Positions 1 through 9,125 of a DNA stretch of 64,000 nucleotides are shown piece after piece. This stretch comes from Sedimentisphaerales bacterium (GTDB taxonomy: Bacteria > Planctomycetota > Phycisphaerae > Sedimentisphaerales > SM23-30): positions 64,001 through 128,000 of the forward strand of contig CAXXMR010000011.1 in assembly GCA_963663805.2 (NCBI GenBank), in the 5' to 3' direction. Position 1 is the stretch's first letter. Every line of letters begins with the position of its first letter. The position numbers were made by a program, and so were the translations under genes. The notes below the pieces were generated by a model. The model made no database searches, was not told the DNA's origin, and was given only the letters and a program-made list of their open reading frames with translations.

Positions 1-594
1 ATCATGGGCAGAAGAACATAATGGTCCAAGGATAATTGATGGCTCCCCGAACTCAGATGCTATTTCTTCGGCCCCGTAACAACTAACCCATTCTTCAGTT
101 TTACCCAGTAGATGGTCTAAACGGGCAAAGAATACTTGATATAAACCACCTTGTCGCTCCATTTCATTTCGGCTAAATACATCGATGTTTTCCATTCCAT
201 CAGGCATATTCTGAACCCCGGTATATGGATTCCCGCTGACAGCATCCTCAATAGTAACTTCTCGGATTACTATTTTTACTCCATTATCGACTTCTTGTGT
301 TTGGATGTACCAATAATCTTGACCAAACACTGCTGCAACAACCAAATAAGCAGACCATTTCCGGTGGGCCATGCAACCATGTTTCCCATGGGATAGTTCG
401 TAATCTTCATCTGCTAATCTAAATAACTCATCTACGGCATTAAGGACTTCCTCTTCAGATGCATTTTCATATATTCGCGTTCTTTGCGAATCATATTGTT
501 CACGTAAAGCTAAAGATTCTTCACGGGTAAGCCGTTTGGGGGCACAGCCACCAATAATTACTATACATATAACAACACAAAAAAACTTTTTCAT
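1..594 (-). CDS. Putative lipoprotein (runs off window start); possible moron or superinfection-exclusion gene
   Basis: Manual translation MKKFFCVVICIVIIGGCAPKRLTREES..., open to base 1; GAAAGG immediately before the ATG; lipobox-like IGGC. Confidence 0.75.
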   Translation of the reverse strand, partial: MKKFFCVVICIVIIGGCAPKRLTREESLALREQYDSQRTRIYENASEEEVLNAVDELFRLADEDYELSHGKHGCMAHRKWSAYLVVAAVFGQDYWYIQTQEVDNGVKIVIREVTIEDAVSGNPYTGVQNMPDGMENIDVFSRNEMERQGGLYQVFFARLDHLLGKTEEWVSCYGAEEIASEFGEPSIILGPLCSSAHD

Positions 595-744
595 CCTTTC
601 AAACCCTGTTCCAATGTCCATGCCGCAATATCAGCGGCTAGCACAATTACCCGCCCCAGGACACCCGACCTTCCCGTACTGGGGTATTACTCTTAACTTG
701 TTAGATTGTCATAACTGTTTATGTTTACTTCCCTCAAAACCAAA

Positions 745-1589
745 GTTATGTGTCCAAAATATCAGGATTGTTCAGCGACTTTTTCTCTTCGGAAGTCAGA
801 CGGCGTTCTACTTTTTTTTACATCCTCAGCCGGGGGTAATGATTCCGGGCGAATCCCTCGGTCAAGCAAGGTTTTGCGGACGGCCTGGTTATTGGTGACG
901 TGTTCTTGCGAAATGGCTCTCTCTGTGGTCATGTTGTTGGTACGAGAGTTATGAATAGTGATTTCGGTAGCGAAATCCTTGGCTTTGAGAATAATCGTTG
1001 GGGCAAAGTCCGCTAAGGGCCTGCTGTCGGGAACTTTCCAGTGTGATTTCATTTGCTGGGTGGACTTGCCAAACAGGGCCTGGTCGCCTTTGCTGCGGAT
1101 AATTCCGAAATTCTTATTACCCCCGGTCTGTTCGTATATTACCGAAGATAGTTCTTTCTCGGTCTGGGTCAATTTTTTACGGGCCGAAACTCGTTCGGAT
1201 TCCAGCATACGTTGTTCGATAAGCTCTGCATGACGGGTCTGTAAGGCAAAATAGGTCTGGGCAAAAGCTATCTGTTCCTTGCGAGGATCGCCATTTTGGG
1301 CAACCAGATAGCAGGCGTAGCGGGTGAGCATTGTATCGTCAATTTCCCGTTGGCTACCAGAACCCAAATCAACCATTTTGCTGACGTCGGCAAAATGGTC
1401 TAAAATGTTATGGTCAGAAACTTCACAGGCGGTTTTTGCCTTGGAAATTACAGCAGTAAAGTTACTCCACTTGGTATATCCCAAAAGATGCTGTAAGTCC
1501 CTTGCCAGCCAAAACTCCACGCCGGAATCGGTCTCTTGGGCGTGGTCTTCAAAATTAACCGTCAATGTAATAATCGTGTTTTTTTCCAC
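745..1589 (-). CDS. dinD: DNA damage-inducible protein D family (Bro-N-like N-terminus)
   Basis: [16 protein letters not shown] and [28 protein letters not shown]; removing one base from the T-run at 812-819 restores a DinD-like end ([17 protein letters not shown]...stop at 745). Confidence 0.9.
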
Positions 1590-1696
1590 TTCTATCCCCT
1601 GTCAATTTCCTAAATTATTTAATTGGTATAACCATTTGCAATTACTTAACTTATCAAAAAAGTTTGTTTTTTAGCAAAAAATGCCCAGAAAAAGCC

Positions 1697-1725
1697 TTGA
1701 AGTTAGCCGTTTGTTAGGGTAACCT
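1697..1725 (+). promoter_or_regulatory. Candidate sigma70 promoter facing the repressor gene (antisense)
   Basis: TTGAAG-17 bp-TAACCT, followed 8 nt later by an ATG at 1734. Confidence 0.4.
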
Positions 1726-1733
1726 GTCCCTTA

Positions 1734-1982
1734 ATGGCAGAACCGACTGAGGCCCTAACGGGGGGCATGTCAAACCGCAGCCTAAAATTGCTTCCAGATC
1801 GACGGAATATTAGTATGGCAAACGAAACGAAATTATCGGAAGTTATTGAAATTATTACCAGTTACACACAAAAAAACACCAAGGGGATTAACCCTTTTGA
1901 CCGGGCTTTTGTTTCTGGCCTTGACGAAGAGCTCGGCCCACTTTACGGCCCGCCTCAATACGGTCATCCACAATCTGATTAA
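1734..1982 (+). CDS. Small ORF overlapping the 3' end of the repressor on the opposite strand
   Basis: 82 aa ORF directly behind a promoter-like element, no SD (leaderless candidate). Confidence 0.35.
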   Translation: MAEPTEALTGGMSNRSLKLLPDRRNISMANETKLSEVIEIITSYTQKNTKGINPFDRAFVSGLDEELGPLYGPPQYGHPQSD

Positions 1983-2187
1983 TAAGCTCAATAAAAGCTG
2001 TTTCTGGTAGGGATTTATTGAGCAACCGAGCCTGAATCTCTTCAGGCAGGGAGACCCAAAGTCTAATGGCAGCGGAAACGGCTGTCTTTTTAACTTGGCC
2101 TCTTTGTTTGCGCTGAGACTCAAAATCTTGGAATACCTCAATCGGTATATCAGCCGCTATAGTTTTTTCGTCCTTTTGATACGCCAT
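1888..2187 (-). CDS. Ribbon-helix-helix-like repressor in the CI position
   Basis: KTIAADIP (strand), IEVFQDFESQRKQRG and VKKTAVSAAIRLWV (helices); divergent from the early operon. Confidence 0.6.
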   Translation of the reverse strand: MAYQKDEKTIAADIPIEVFQDFESQRKQRGQVKKTAVSAAIRLWVSLPEEIQARLLNKSLPETAFIELINQIVDDRIEAGRKVGRALRQGQKQKPGQKG

Positions 2188-2330
2188 AAACTTAGTTTAT
2201 CCAAATAATTACAAGCATTCACTCTAAATAAAAAATATTTTTTCCAAATAATTATAAAGAATTAGTTTGACTTCGCCGAAGCTTATAGTAATATTTACTT
2301 GGAATTACTAATAAACATTAGGAGTGAATA
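2188..2330. promoter_or_regulatory. Divergent switch region with candidate operators
   Basis: AT-rich; TCCAAATAATTA at 2200-2211 and 2243-2254 plus an inverted near-copy at 2293-2303; TTGACT (2267) with TAATAT 16 bp downstream; AGGAG SD. Confidence 0.6.
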
Positions 2331-2522
2331 ATGGCAACCTTTTATATCACAGATGAAGCCAAGCAAAATCTTGACATACTGGTGAACCTTGAAAAAAGAC
2401 CTATCGGCAAAGAAATAGAATTCCTTGTAGAGCGAAGACTTCGCGAATTAAAAATCCCAATAGTTAATCCCGCCGAGGCGTCCCTGCCCGGCAACAATAG
2501 TGAACTTCAAACAGCTTCGTGA
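2331..2522 (+). CDS. Arc-like ribbon-helix-helix protein in the Cro position
   Basis: MATFYITDEAKQNLDILVNLEKRPIGKEIEFLVERRL fits a strand-helix-helix pattern; strong SD. Confidence 0.6.
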   Translation: MATFYITDEAKQNLDILVNLEKRPIGKEIEFLVERRLRELKIPIVNPAEASLPGNNSELQTAS

Positions 2523-2606
2523 ATCCCGTCCCTAGGGTAAAGATGAGTCATCCTTGACGGTGAAATAATAGCACACGCCAGGGACATATTCAAGGCAAAA
2601 ATCAAA

Positions 2607-2867
2607 ATGGCTAAAAAGAAGAACCCAAAACTCCCGATTGGCTTTCCGCCATTAATGGTTAATAAGCAGTGGTTGTCCCCCAAAACGATTGCCAGAAACT
2701 TTGAAGTATCCCACAAGACGGCCTTGGAATGGATTTATGATGCGGCGGTAGAAATAAATGCTATAGCGGTGAAGCTGGGGGACTATCGCCGAGCTCCTGT
2801 CAGGATACTGGCAGACGATTTTGAGCGTTATGTTGTAACCAAAATAGTAACCCCCCAGGCCTCATAA
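2607..2867 (+). CDS. Excisionase-like HTH DNA-binding protein
   Basis: WLSPKTIARNFEVSHKTALEWI...AVKLG...VRI..DDFERY resembles the Xis/HTH_17 pattern. Confidence 0.65.
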   Translation: MAKKKNPKLPIGFPPLMVNKQWLSPKTIARNFEVSHKTALEWIYDAAVEINAIAVKLGDYRRAPVRILADDFERYVVTKIVTPQAS

Positions 2868-2876
2868 GGACCAATC

Positions 2877-3194
2877 ATGGTAGCTAATATTGATTTTGAC
2901 AAACCCCAAGAAAAAAAGACCAGCGGGTTGATTATTGAGATTCCAATTGAGGAATACGCCCGGTTGAATGCCTGTGAGCTTGTTTGCAGGAATCTGATTG
3001 CTCAGCGTTTGTTTGAACATGAGCAAGCAAAAAAGCAACCGTTGGTTAAGACTGGCCAGGGCGATTCTGAGCAATGCTATAACCCGCCTAAACCCAAACC
3101 GTACTTTCTCTATTGTCTTGCGTCCCGGCTGGCGGTGCGTTGCCGTCAAGCCGGGCGCAAGATTTTAAGCAGAGGGGGAAACTGCAATGTATAG
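2877..3194 (+). CDS. Hypothetical phage protein
   Basis: AAGGA SD; packed in the early operon. Confidence 0.6.
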   Translation: MVANIDFDKPQEKKTSGLIIEIPIEEYARLNACELVCRNLIAQRLFEHEQAKKQPLVKTGQGDSEQCYNPPKPKPYFLYCLASRLAVRCRQAGRKILSRGGNCNV

Positions 3195-3573
3195 TTTTAC
3201 TCATACAGACACCGTTAGAGCCTCAGATATGCTCTGCGATAAGGCCGAATTGATGAAGTGTAGCCAATGTGAGGTGCTACACAAGATTGACAATATGAAG
3301 CGTTGTGACGCTTGCGGTGAGTTGTTTTGCGATGCCTGCCTGAGTCGATGCGACGGTTGTTTCGGTCGCTTTTGCTATGAGTGTAACGATACAGGGCTGG
3401 GGTGTGATTGTGCTGAATCTGAGGCGGAGTCCTCAGTAATGGATTGTGAGGCCAAGGATGGCCTTCTATCACGGATGACTCGTCACCTCCACAACTTCTT
3501 CGAGCGAAAGGGAAGGGTTGATGAGTCATTGGAATCAACCCCGCACAGTGCGGGCAATACCTTTTGTGGTTAG
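3187..3573 (+). CDS. Cys-rich zinc-binding protein
   Basis: Five CxxC pairs (CSQC, CDAC, CDAC, CDGC, CYEC); GAGGGGG SD. Confidence 0.6.
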   Translation: MYSFTHTDTVRASDMLCDKAELMKCSQCEVLHKIDNMKRCDACGELFCDACLSRCDGCFGRFCYECNDTGLGCDCAESEAESSVMDCEAKDGLLSRMTRHLHNFFERKGRVDESLESTPHSAGNTFCG

Positions 3574-3631
3574 CAGGGCCTGTGGGACAGTCCTGCTAAC
3601 CAGAACTTTTCTACACTATGGAGGTGTACTT

Positions 3632-4399
3632 ATGAAAGTGGAAATAACAACCACAAACCCGTTTGCTGATGTAACGCTGGAAAAAGTAATGGTAGCTGGC
3701 CAGGAAGTGAATAAGCGGTCAGTTATGATTAAGGACGATCTTGACGAATACCGACCAATATCCGTAGTGGGACCGGAATACAACTTGGTACCCAACAGTG
3801 TTTGTCGTGACGTTATGGACGATGTTATGAGCCGTTCTGAATACGGCTGGCGGGAGCTCAAGACGTTCTGGGACGGCAAACGTTTTATTCAGATGCACAT
3901 CACCCGTGACGCTATCACTTCGGTAAGGAACGGGCAAGAATACCCGTTACATGTGGGACTGATGGTGCGTAATTCTTACGATGGCTCCAGTGCATTCGCT
4001 TTCGAAATGTATGCCTGCAATATGGTATGCAGCAATCAGTATATCAACCGTAATCGCTTTGGTTTTTTCGCCATGCGGCATACCCCCGGTGAATCAGGTA
4101 AGTGGGATGTTAATGACGCCTTACAGAATGTTGGCGTTGGTGCAGACAACTTGTTGCGAATGGCCCCACAGATTCAGCAGATGATGGGTGAGCCTCTTAC
4201 GGCGGATCATATTATTAACGCCCGTCAATCTATCAAACTCCCAGACAGCTACTGGTCAAATACACTGGACCGTCTGGACGAGGAGCCCCGCACCCGGTTC
4301 GGTCTGTTCCAGGCCCTGACCGGGACCGCCAGCCATGACGTTAAGGGTGTCAGAAGTCTGCGGGTGGGTGATTCGGTCGGGACTTATTTTCTCAACTGA
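3632..4399 (+). CDS. DUF932-like phage/plasmid protein
   Basis: VVGPEYNLVPN, NSYDGSSAF..CSN, RHT and final T.FGLFQALT..ASH motifs; GGAGGT SD before ATG 3632. Confidence 0.8.
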   Translation: MKVEITTTNPFADVTLEKVMVAGQEVNKRSVMIKDDLDEYRPISVVGPEYNLVPNSVCRDVMDDVMSRSEYGWRELKTFWDGKRFIQMHITRDAITSVRNGQEYPLHVGLMVRNSYDGSSAFAFEMYACNMVCSNQYINRNRFGFFAMRHTPGESGKWDVNDALQNVGVGADNLLRMAPQIQQMMGEPLTADHIINARQSIKLPDSYWSNTLDRLDEEPRTRFGLFQALTGTASHDVKGVRSLRVGDSVGTYFLN

Positions 4400-4408
4400 T
4401 GTTTTTGG

Positions 4409-4453
4409 GCCCTGTCCCGTGCTCCTCCCTCCATAGGTAGCATGGGGCAGGGC
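4409..4453 (+). other. 15-bp stem-loop after the DUF932 gene
   Basis: GCCCTGTCCCGTGCT pairs with AGCATGGGGCAGGGC (with G-U pairs); no clean 3' U-tract. Confidence 0.6.
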
Positions 4454-4475
4454 GATTATTTGGCAAGTGAATAAT

Positions 4476-4587
4476 GCGGAGGTGGCGGAGTAAGACGCCC
4501 CTATATATGCAGGGTGGTTATGAATCCTAAGCATGTTAAACGGTACATAGCCCTGAACGCAGGATTGTAATACGCCTGCCCTCCGCA
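4476..4587 (+). ncRNA. tRNA-shaped RNA (pseudo-tRNA or tRNA-like regulatory RNA)
   Basis: 7-bp acceptor stem GCGGAGG/CCTCCGC+A; Leu/Ser-type D arm TGGCGGAGTAAGACGC; 5-bp T stem GCAGG/CCTGC abutting the acceptor; T loop and anticodon region non-canonical. Confidence 0.55.
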
Positions 4588-4614
4588 AGTTTTTAACTTA
4601 TTGGAGACGTAGTT

Positions 4615-5232
4615 GTGTTCCCGGATTTTAGCATATTGGCCGACTTTAACATTCCGAAGCCCTTGCATGGCCTAAACCCCCGAACCATTAAAGGTCAAGG
4701 GTGGTGGGACGAGCAAAGGTGTAAGGCATACAAAAAACACAACTATCATTGTTGGGCCTGTGGAACACACAAATCTAATGGACTTGTTAAAGACCGCTTA
4801 TGGCTGGAAGCTCATGAGCAATATAACTACATAATTGATAAAGGCAAGGGGGTTCTTACTCTGCGAGAAATAGTAGCTCTGTGCCCGGCCTGTCACAATT
4901 TTATACATTCTGGCCGATTGGTCAAATTAGTAGAAAATGAAGAAGTCGATCTGGCTTTTGCGTTCACTATCCTCCACCGTGGCTTGACCTTGCTAAAGAA
5001 AGCGGGAATGGAACCCAATGTTTTTGCGATGCACGCCGCCAATTTACTATCGGAAGAATATCATAACACTCCTTCATGGGCTCAAGAAGTAAAAGTGTGG
5101 CTTGACAAATGGCAACCATCTCCACTTTTCAAGGAAATGCAAAAAATTGAATGGTCCAACTGGTCAATGATTATCGACGGCAAAAAACATGAACCACTAA
5201 CTGAAGAAGAATGGGAGCTTAAATATGATTAA
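4615..5232 (+). CDS. HNH endonuclease-like protein
   Basis: CWACG...LEAHE...ALCPACHNFIH zinc-HNH pattern; GGAG SD. Confidence 0.75.
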   Translation: MFPDFSILADFNIPKPLHGLNPRTIKGQGWWDEQRCKAYKKHNYHCWACGTHKSNGLVKDRLWLEAHEQYNYIIDKGKGVLTLREIVALCPACHNFIHSGRLVKLVENEEVDLAFAFTILHRGLTLLKKAGMEPNVFAMHAANLLSEEYHNTPSWAQEVKVWLDKWQPSPLFKEMQKIEWSNWSMIIDGKKHEPLTEEEWELKYD

Positions 5233-5521
5233 TATGATTTCTAACATTTGCTTATGCGGCCAATATCACAAGGCCGACGTGCAGACCTGCCCGACTTGCG
5301 GAAGTCACATCCCGCCAACACATCGTGAGCGGGAATCCCATAGCAAGGCTCTTGCACAATTGGAATTGCGGGCCGCTATATCTCAACTGCACCCAGAGAT
5401 TGACCCGCAGGAATTACAGGATTTTATCGGCCAGTCTAAGGCAAAACGAATAATCGACGCAGACCGCGGTGGCCTGTGCAGAGACCAGGGTGATTTATAT
5501 CTAGAAAGCATGGAGGTGTAA
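5225..5521 (+). CDS. Hypothetical protein with N-terminal zinc ribbon
   Basis: CLCG...CPTCG; overlaps the upstream stop. Confidence 0.55.
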   Translation: MINMISNICLCGQYHKADVQTCPTCGSHIPPTHRERESHSKALAQLELRAAISQLHPEIDPQELQDFIGQSKAKRIIDADRGGLCRDQGDLYLESMEV

Positions 5522-5522
5522 T

Positions 5523-6827
5523 ATGAAAGTCAAAAAAATTACTGTTAGTAATCTAAAAGCCGTATCTGAATTAACGGCTGACTTTAATGGTTGCACGGCA
5601 ATTATTACCGGTGGCAACAACAAAGGCAAAAGCAGTTTCCTGCGTAGCTTGCCTGATCGTGTTAGGGGTACAAAGCCTGATGTAGTTGTCAAACAGGGTG
5701 AGAGCGAAGGCTTTGCGGAATGGGAGTTGACTGACGGGTCAAAGTTTGTTTGGAAATTTGACACGAAGACAAAGCGGGGCGAAACCCTTACTTTTACCAC
5801 CAAAGACAATATCAAAACGTCTGTGACTAGAGAAATTGCAAACCGGTACTTTCCCGGTTCATTTGATATCGACAAGTTTCTCAATTCAACCCCAAAGAAA
5901 CAGAGCGAAATCCTTCAGGGGCTTGTCGGCTTAGATTTTGGACAAATCGACGCTCAGTACAAGGCGGCTTATGAGGAACGTACTCGCTGCAATACTATCG
6001 CCAAACTCGAAGCTGATAAGGTTGTTGATATAAATGAGTCTTTGCCCGACACCCCAATTGATACCGATGTGATGTTTGGCCAGATTAACGATGCGAACAC
6101 TGCGAATCACAAACGTTCATCTTTTGCTTTGCGGCTGAAGGATAAAAAAGATGAATTGGTTGCCTTGCAGGAAAAAATCAAATCGTTGCAAAACGATATT
6201 GAAGCTGGTGATAAATGGCTGGATGAACACCCTGTAATTGATGTTGCCGAAATTCAAGTCAAATATAGTCAAGCAACTGAGCAAAACAAAAAGATTGACG
6301 CTAACGAAGCAGCCAAACAACAAAAGTTAGTTGCAGAAACGGCCAAATCCGCCGCCGATATTGCCAACCAAGAGGTTAAACAGCTTGAAGAGCAACGCAA
6401 AGAAATGATTCGCCAAGCCAATCTGCCGGATGGATTCCAGTTTTCAGCGGATGGGATTCTCTACAACGGTTTACCGCTTACCAAAGAACAGCAGAGCAGC
6501 TCCGGCCTTTATATCGCCGCCCTGAAGCTTGCCAGCATGAATCTTGGTGAGGTTCGCACTCTGCACTTTGACGCTTCAACACTCGACAGGAATAACCTAA
6601 CCGAGATTGAAAAGTGGGCTAATGCTAACGATTTGCAACTACTCATCGAGCGGCCTGACTTTGACGGCGGGGATATTCAATACGTAATTTTGTCTGAAGT
6701 CAATTGCAACAAACAAGAAGAAGAAAAAAAGGCTAAGGTAGATGTAGATGAAGATGAAGATGAAGACAACTATTCAGACAACGGGCACTTAACAGAAGCA
6801 GACTACCAAACCTGGATGAATCTCTAA
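5523..6827 (+). CDS. SMC/Rad50-like ABC-type ATPase with coiled coil
   Basis: KKITVSNLKAV, Walker A GGNNKGKS, coiled coil, signature-like QSSSG, degenerate Walker B LHFDASTLD. Confidence 0.8.
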   Translation: MKVKKITVSNLKAVSELTADFNGCTAIITGGNNKGKSSFLRSLPDRVRGTKPDVVVKQGESEGFAEWELTDGSKFVWKFDTKTKRGETLTFTTKDNIKTSVTREIANRYFPGSFDIDKFLNSTPKKQSEILQGLVGLDFGQIDAQYKAAYEERTRCNTIAKLEADKVVDINESLPDTPIDTDVMFGQINDANTANHKRSSFALRLKDKKDELVALQEKIKSLQNDIEAGDKWLDEHPVIDVAEIQVKYSQATEQNKKIDANEAAKQQKLVAETAKSAADIANQEVKQLEEQRKEMIRQANLPDGFQFSADGILYNGLPLTKEQQSSSGLYIAALKLASMNLGEVRTLHFDASTLDRNNLTEIEKWANANDLQLLIERPDFDGGDIQYVILSEVNCNKQEEEKKAKVDVDEDEDEDNYSDNGHLTEADYQTWMNL

Positions 6828-6842
6828 AAGAAAGGCGTAACT

Positions 6843-7514
6843 ATGAATAATCCAGAAACTACAGATTTAGTTTTACAGGAGCTTGAGAGCATTGCCGCTG
6901 ACTTTCAGGCTGAGGGGGATAGTGTCGAACAGGACCGGTACTGCGAATGGTACATGCAAAAGTTGTTCGAGATTGACGCCGTTGAGGAACGCATTAAAGA
7001 GCAGTACCAGATTATGCTCAGGGAATTACAGACCCGCCGCAAGGCCTTGCAATTCAAGTGCGGGCAAAACTTCCGGCAACGAGTTGAAGCTATGCTCTTG
7101 GCCAACGGCAGGAAGAAAGACGGAAGTCTCAAAAAGAAATCCGTCAACCTTCTAACCGGCAAGGCAGGGTATCGCAGCAGTCGGCCCACGGTGGAGTTCA
7201 TTGATGAGGAAGCGGCGAAGAAGTGGGCGGTCAAAAACCTTACTGTCGGACAATTGTTCGACGCCACAAGCAGTGTTGATAAGGTGCCCTTGGTCATCGA
7301 ATGTATCAAGGAATATGGTTTAGAGAAAGCCATCAAGTCTCTGAACAAGACTCCGTTCCTTGAGCATTTCATGGAAACCGGCGAACTCCCTGACGGCGTG
7401 GAGTTTGTCGAGACTCAGGATAAATTTTATCCACAGGTCAAGGACATGGAATTGCCACCGACTCCACTCACGCTCCAGATTACAGGTTCTCCAGTAAAGA
7501 AAGAAGGTGAATAA
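6843..7514 (+). CDS. Mu Gam / siphovirus Gp157-like protein
   Basis: Coiled-coil N-terminus, KKKSVNLLTGKAGYR and LNKT...GELPDGVEF; recombination-module position. Confidence 0.65.
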   Translation: MNNPETTDLVLQELESIAADFQAEGDSVEQDRYCEWYMQKLFEIDAVEERIKEQYQIMLRELQTRRKALQFKCGQNFRQRVEAMLLANGRKKDGSLKKKSVNLLTGKAGYRSSRPTVEFIDEEAAKKWAVKNLTVGQLFDATSSVDKVPLVIECIKEYGLEKAIKSLNKTPFLEHFMETGELPDGVEFVETQDKFYPQVKDMELPPTPLTLQITGSPVKKEGE

Positions 7515-7516
7515 CA

Positions 7517-8539
7517 ATGTTTCAAAAAGCAACCAAAACAAAGTGCAAATTACGGCTGGCAATCTTTGGCCCGTCTGGTGCCGGCAAAACTTTTTCTGCC
7601 CTGAGAATAGCCAAAGGTCTGGGCGGTCGGATAGCGGTGATTGATACCGAACATGGCTCAGCGTCAAAATACGCTGATAAGTTTGAATTTGATGTCTGCG
7701 AACTTAACCAAAACCAGAACATCGAAACCACCGTGCGTACGATTAATGAAGCCAGTGGCTATGATGTGCTGATTATTGATAGCATGTCACATTCGTGGCA
7801 GGAACTACTTGTGGAGATCGACAGGCTTGCCAAGCAAAAATACAAAGGCAATACCTGGTCTGCATGGTCCGATGGAACCCCCAAACAAAAAGAGTTGGTC
7901 AATGCTATTTTGAGCTATCCCGGCCATGTAATTGCTACCATGCGTAGTAAAACAGAGTGGGAAACCGAGAAAACCGGCAACGGCAAGAATAGGCCGGTAA
8001 AGGTTGGCTTGGCTCCGGAACAAGGCAAGGGCATTGAATATGAATTTGACATGCTTATGGAGATTACTACTGAGCATGTCGCATTTGTCAGCAAAGACCG
8101 TACTGGCAAATATCAGGATGCAAATATTGAAAAACCCGGTGAACAGTTAGGTCAAGAGTTGGCAGCTTGGCTGAATGAAGGAATAGCACCCCAGCCCCAG
8201 CAGCAGCCTAACAATACCCCACCGCAAAATCAGACTCCGCCCCCTCAAAACCCACCTCAACAGCCCAGTAATAAATCGTTTTTCTGGGGGTCATTCCAAC
8301 AACGTTGCCAGGCTCAGGACGTGCAGGTGCCTCAGGACAAAAATGCTCTTATGGCAGTGTTTACAGAGATGTGTCATTCCGCAACGGCGGCAAATGTCGC
8401 CAACGAGAACGGCTGGGAAATGCCCATTCCAACTGCCAAACCGGATAGCACCGGTTGGCTGGTGCTGAATAGCATGCTTGTGGAATACGACATCAAGTCG
8501 GCCATTATCAAGTACGCGACACCAGGAAGTGCAGCTTAA
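7517..8539 (+). CDS. AAA_24 / Sak4-like recombination ATPase
   Basis: FGPSGAGKT, IDTEHGS, LIIDSMSHSW, GIEYEFD, KDRT; Q/P-rich linker. Confidence 0.85.
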   Translation: MFQKATKTKCKLRLAIFGPSGAGKTFSALRIAKGLGGRIAVIDTEHGSASKYADKFEFDVCELNQNQNIETTVRTINEASGYDVLIIDSMSHSWQELLVEIDRLAKQKYKGNTWSAWSDGTPKQKELVNAILSYPGHVIATMRSKTEWETEKTGNGKNRPVKVGLAPEQGKGIEYEFDMLMEITTEHVAFVSKDRTGKYQDANIEKPGEQLGQELAAWLNEGIAPQPQQQPNNTPPQNQTPPPQNPPQQPSNKSFFWGSFQQRCQAQDVQVPQDKNALMAVFTEMCHSATAANVANENGWEMPIPTAKPDSTGWLVLNSMLVEYDIKSAIIKYATPGSAA

Positions 8540-8567
8540 AACAAACCTAATTACCTAAGAGGCAAGG

Positions 8568-9125
8568 ATGCCAACTTTCCACGGTAAAACTATCGATAAT
8601 AAGCCCGCCGCGAATTGGCAGGCGATATACCAGGCTTGTGTTAAATATCCGGATTTCTTAATTGATATACGCAAATATGATGCGGCCAAAGAAATATCAA
8701 TTCAGCAGATGAAATACTGGCATCCGGTACCGGTAAAAATATTTGCCGAGCATACTGGTTATTCTTTGTGGAAGTCAGAGCAATGGCTGAAACGTGAACG
8801 TGGGTCACATTGGTTTGTTCACGAGGTAGAAGAGGAAGAAAATCGGCGGGGTCAAATTATGTTTGAATGCTTAAATCCCGCCTGTCGTAATCTTATGCTC
8901 TGCCCCGCCAAACTACGGGGGAAGTATGTTTGCCGTGAATGTCGAAGCCCCGTCCGAATGTTTTTTATGCTCAGTAAAACTGAGCTTTCGGTAAATGACT
9001 TCAATAGTTTTCTGGAAAACACTTGGGAGTTCATGGAAGAAATCAACTGCCCCTGCCCAAAACCTGACCCTAACTGGCGAATTAATCAAAGACAATCTAA
9101 TCAGAAAGGAAAAACTTGTGCCTAA
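8568..9125 (+). CDS. NinB/YbcN-like protein with inserted zinc ribbon
   Basis: SIQQMKYWH...AEHTGY and SKTELSVNDF..FLE; CLNPAC...CREC insert. Confidence 0.5.
   Translation: MPTFHGKTIDNKPAANWQAIYQACVKYPDFLIDIRKYDAAKEISIQQMKYWHPVPVKIFAEHTGYSLWKSEQWLKRERGSHWFVHEVEEEENRRGQIMFECLNPACRNLMLCPAKLRGKYVCRECRSPVRMFFMLSKTELSVNDFNSFLENTWEFMEEINCPCPKPDPNWRINQRQSNQKGKTCA

Noticed and set aside
762..820. Novel DinD C-terminus ([11 protein letters not shown]...)
   Set aside because: Explained by one extra base in a homopolymer; the shifted frame gives the family-like ending
151..1674. Several plus-strand ORFs in the ORF track
   Set aside because: Shadows of the minus-strand lipoprotein and dinD genes
4476..4587. 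Call as a functional or intron-containing tRNA-Leu
   Set aside because: Lacks the TTCRA loop and a 7-nt anticodon loop; the insert is far too short for a group I intron
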